A stretch of DNA of 64,000 nt, from NCBI GenBank assembly GCA_038087875.1, contig CM075997.1:3598001-3662000 (forward strand). The letters run 5' to 3'. Numbering within the stretch: the stretch's first letter is position 1; each line of letters begins with the position of its first letter. Position numbers and translations under genes: made by a program. Source of the DNA: Malacoraja senta (lineage: Eukaryota). The notes beneath the pieces are model-generated. The model was given only the letters and a program-made list of their open reading frames with translations, had not been told where the DNA came from and did not search any database. Below, piece after piece: positions 62,223 to 64,000 of the stretch.

Positions 62223-64000
62223 TTAGCTATCGTCCTTACTTTCTCCTCCCCTTCTTAGCTCTCCCTCAGCCTACTGGCTCCACCTCTTCCTTTCTTCATC
62301 CCGTCCTGTCCTGTTGGTTGGAATTGTTTATTTAGTGGGGAATATTTCTCTTAGGATGTGGCCAAAGTTGCTGCAATGATGCACTGCCCAAAGATATATC
62401 CATGTCAATGGATATTGTTAATGCAGAGATTGCCAGATTCTTGATAAGTACGGGTGTCAGGGGTTATGGGGTGAAGTCAGGAGAATGGGGTTGAGAGGGA
62501 AAGATAGATCAGCCATGATTGAATGGCGTAGTAGTCTTGATGGGCCGAATGGCTTCACTCAGCTCTTATGAAGGGAATGATCCCTTCGAAATGCTGAAAT
62601 GGAAGGGGTGGTGGAATCTCATTGAAGTTGATGGAAATTGGAAAAGAATGTGGGAACTGAGCACCGGAGAAACTCGACCTTTGCTCTGAGCAGGATAAGA
62701 CAGGAAGAGAGCAGAGCTACAGTTTCCGTTTAGTTTATTGTGACGTGTACCAAGGTACAGTGACAAGCTTTTGCTGCGCGCTATGCCATCAGCGGAAAGA
62801 CAATACATGATTACAACCGAGCCATTTACAGTGTAGAGATACATGATAAGGGAATAACGTTTAGTGTAAGGTAAAGCCAGCAAAGTCCTAGCAAGGAGAG
62901 CCCGAGGATCACCAATGAGGTAGATGGTAGTTGAGGACTGAGGCACCTATGTCGACAGGTTCATCATAAGAGCAGATATAATGGAGATGGAAGATAAAGA
63001 AAATGAAAATAAGTACAGGAGGTAAGATGAATAATAGTTGAAACTGGGAGCAAGTCGGCTTGTAATAGATGAATGATGACTTTTAAAAAATATATATTGA
63101 CAAATGTGGTTGGAATTGTTTATTTAGCGCTTGCTTTTTATTTTTACAGTGGATAATGTGCTTGATATGTAATAGGGAAAGTGTGTGGGAGTTGTTGATG
63201 GATGAGGCACCAGGTTTGCAATGGCTCACATGTGCATGGCACATCAACACATCTGGGCTGAAGGCAAGTCCTTGCCGTCCACCTCTGCCTGCTCTGCATA
63301 CTCGGGTTCTGTTGATGCTTGCTCTATACAGTAATTGATAGCACGAACAGGCCCAGCATGCTGACGAGGTTCTACAACATGCTGCGGGTTATCACTTGCT
63401 CCCCACTCATTGTAAGCCTCCTCCATAAAGGGGAAAGGGAAATGAGAGATATAGATGGTGAGCCACCGTCGGTATCTCTCGTTCCCCTGCCCCTTACTCT
63501 AGTCTGAAGAAGGGTCACGACTCGCAACGTCACGACTCCGCACATAGCTATATTTAAGAGGGAGCTAGATGTGGCCCTTGTGGCTAAAGGGATCAGAGGG
63601 TATGGAGAGAAGGCAGGTACGGGATACTGAGTTGGATGATCAGCCATGATCATATTGAATGGCGGTGCAGGCTCGAAGGGCCGAATGGCCTACTCCTGCA
63701 CCTAATTTCTATGTTTCTATGTTTCTATGTCACCCATTCCTTCTCTCCAGAGATGTTGCCTGACCCGCTGAGTTACTCCAGCATTTTGTGTCTACAGTTT
63801 AAACCAGCTTCTGCAGTTCCTTGCTGCACATCCTCCATAAAGGCCCAGGCTGTGGAGCAGTTATTTCAGTGCATGGACTGCTTTATCATATTTTACATCA
63901 GAGCATGGCTCTCATTTGCATGGGTCCTGGGAAAGATTAAGAGTCCTCAGCCATTTCATTAATAGAGTAGTTTTGTTGTATTGTGGCCATTGTGTGCGTG

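Noticed and set aside
63135..63420. Exon of a downstream gene after ttttttacAG
   Set aside because: No recognisable coding sequence or supporting exons

Overview
Repeat-dense vertebrate genomic DNA. The HE1/V-SINE-like SINEs and CR1, Rex-Babar and Penelope repeats suggest a cartilaginous fish, possibly a skate or ray (inference). The only host gene I can support is TIMM50 on the + strand: seven GT-AG coding exons from 13458 to the stop at 52903. Its 5' exons were not found and probably lie upstream of the window. The rest is intron or flank filled with mobile DNA: Tc1 IR/DR fossils, about ten PIF/Harbinger-type MITEs, hAT MITEs, LINE fragments and SINEs. Most notable: (1) three copies of a ~135-nt short retroposon whose first 54 nt fold into a minimal CPEB3-like HDV ribozyme, starting at or within 1 nt of the element's 5' end; (2) many Penelope-like terminal fragments carrying a minimal hammerhead-like core, often as inverted pairs with TSDs; (3) a 220-bp MITE with a 9-bp TSD carrying TTAGGG repeats. 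Repeat family names come from recalled motifs, not database searches, and repeat boundaries without TSDs are approximate.
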